From Candidatus Methylomirabilales bacterium (lineage in GTDB: Bacteria; Methylomirabilota; Methylomirabilia; Methylomirabilales; CSP1-5): DNA of 64,000 bases. The stretch's first letter is position 1, and each line of letters starts with the position of its first letter. Under the pieces are notes generated by a model. It made no database searches. It was not told the origin of the DNA and saw only the letters and a program-made list of their open reading frames with translations. This document shows, piece after piece, positions 63,993 through 64,000 of the stretch. A program made the position numbers and the translations under genes. The DNA lies in contig JBHIAH010000001.1 of the NCBI GenBank assembly GCA_046758505.1, positions 64,001 to 128,000 of the forward strand, read 5' to 3'.

Positions 63993-64000
63993 CCAATTCA

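Overview
GC-rich bacterial chromosomal window, mostly housekeeping: split transketolase, def, msrP, NCS2 permease, AAA+/VWA pair, AMP-binding/ACP/PlsC fusion, mqnD, adenine deaminase, ligA, a PyrR-attenuated pyrR-pyrB-pyrC-carA-(4-OT)-carB-pyrK-pyrD operon, and an aminotransferase-serA-hisZ-purA operon. Gene order and style suggest an NC10/Methylomirabilota-like lineage, which is an inference only. Two layers are not captured by the ORF track. (1) Three genes are split there by an in-frame TGA that sits exactly at the catalytic Cys and is followed by a SECIS-like hairpin: a secreted peroxiredoxin, an OsmC protein and a TlpA with a UxxC motif. These are likely selenoproteins. (2) A pervasive family of degenerate 7-nt-period, often palindromic repeat arrays, some with a shared core motif, fills intergenic gaps and also sits in frame inside pyrC, carA, carB, pyrK (three times), pyrD and mqnD. 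Repeat units that would put TGA in frame carry other bases. Also seen: a ~190-nt rod-like candidate RNA upstream of mqnD, a structured leader upstream of the serine/purA operon, and a sigma54/IHF promoter before a small Zn-finger and a tandem PilZ gene. No rRNA, tRNA, CRISPR array or intact transposase was seen.
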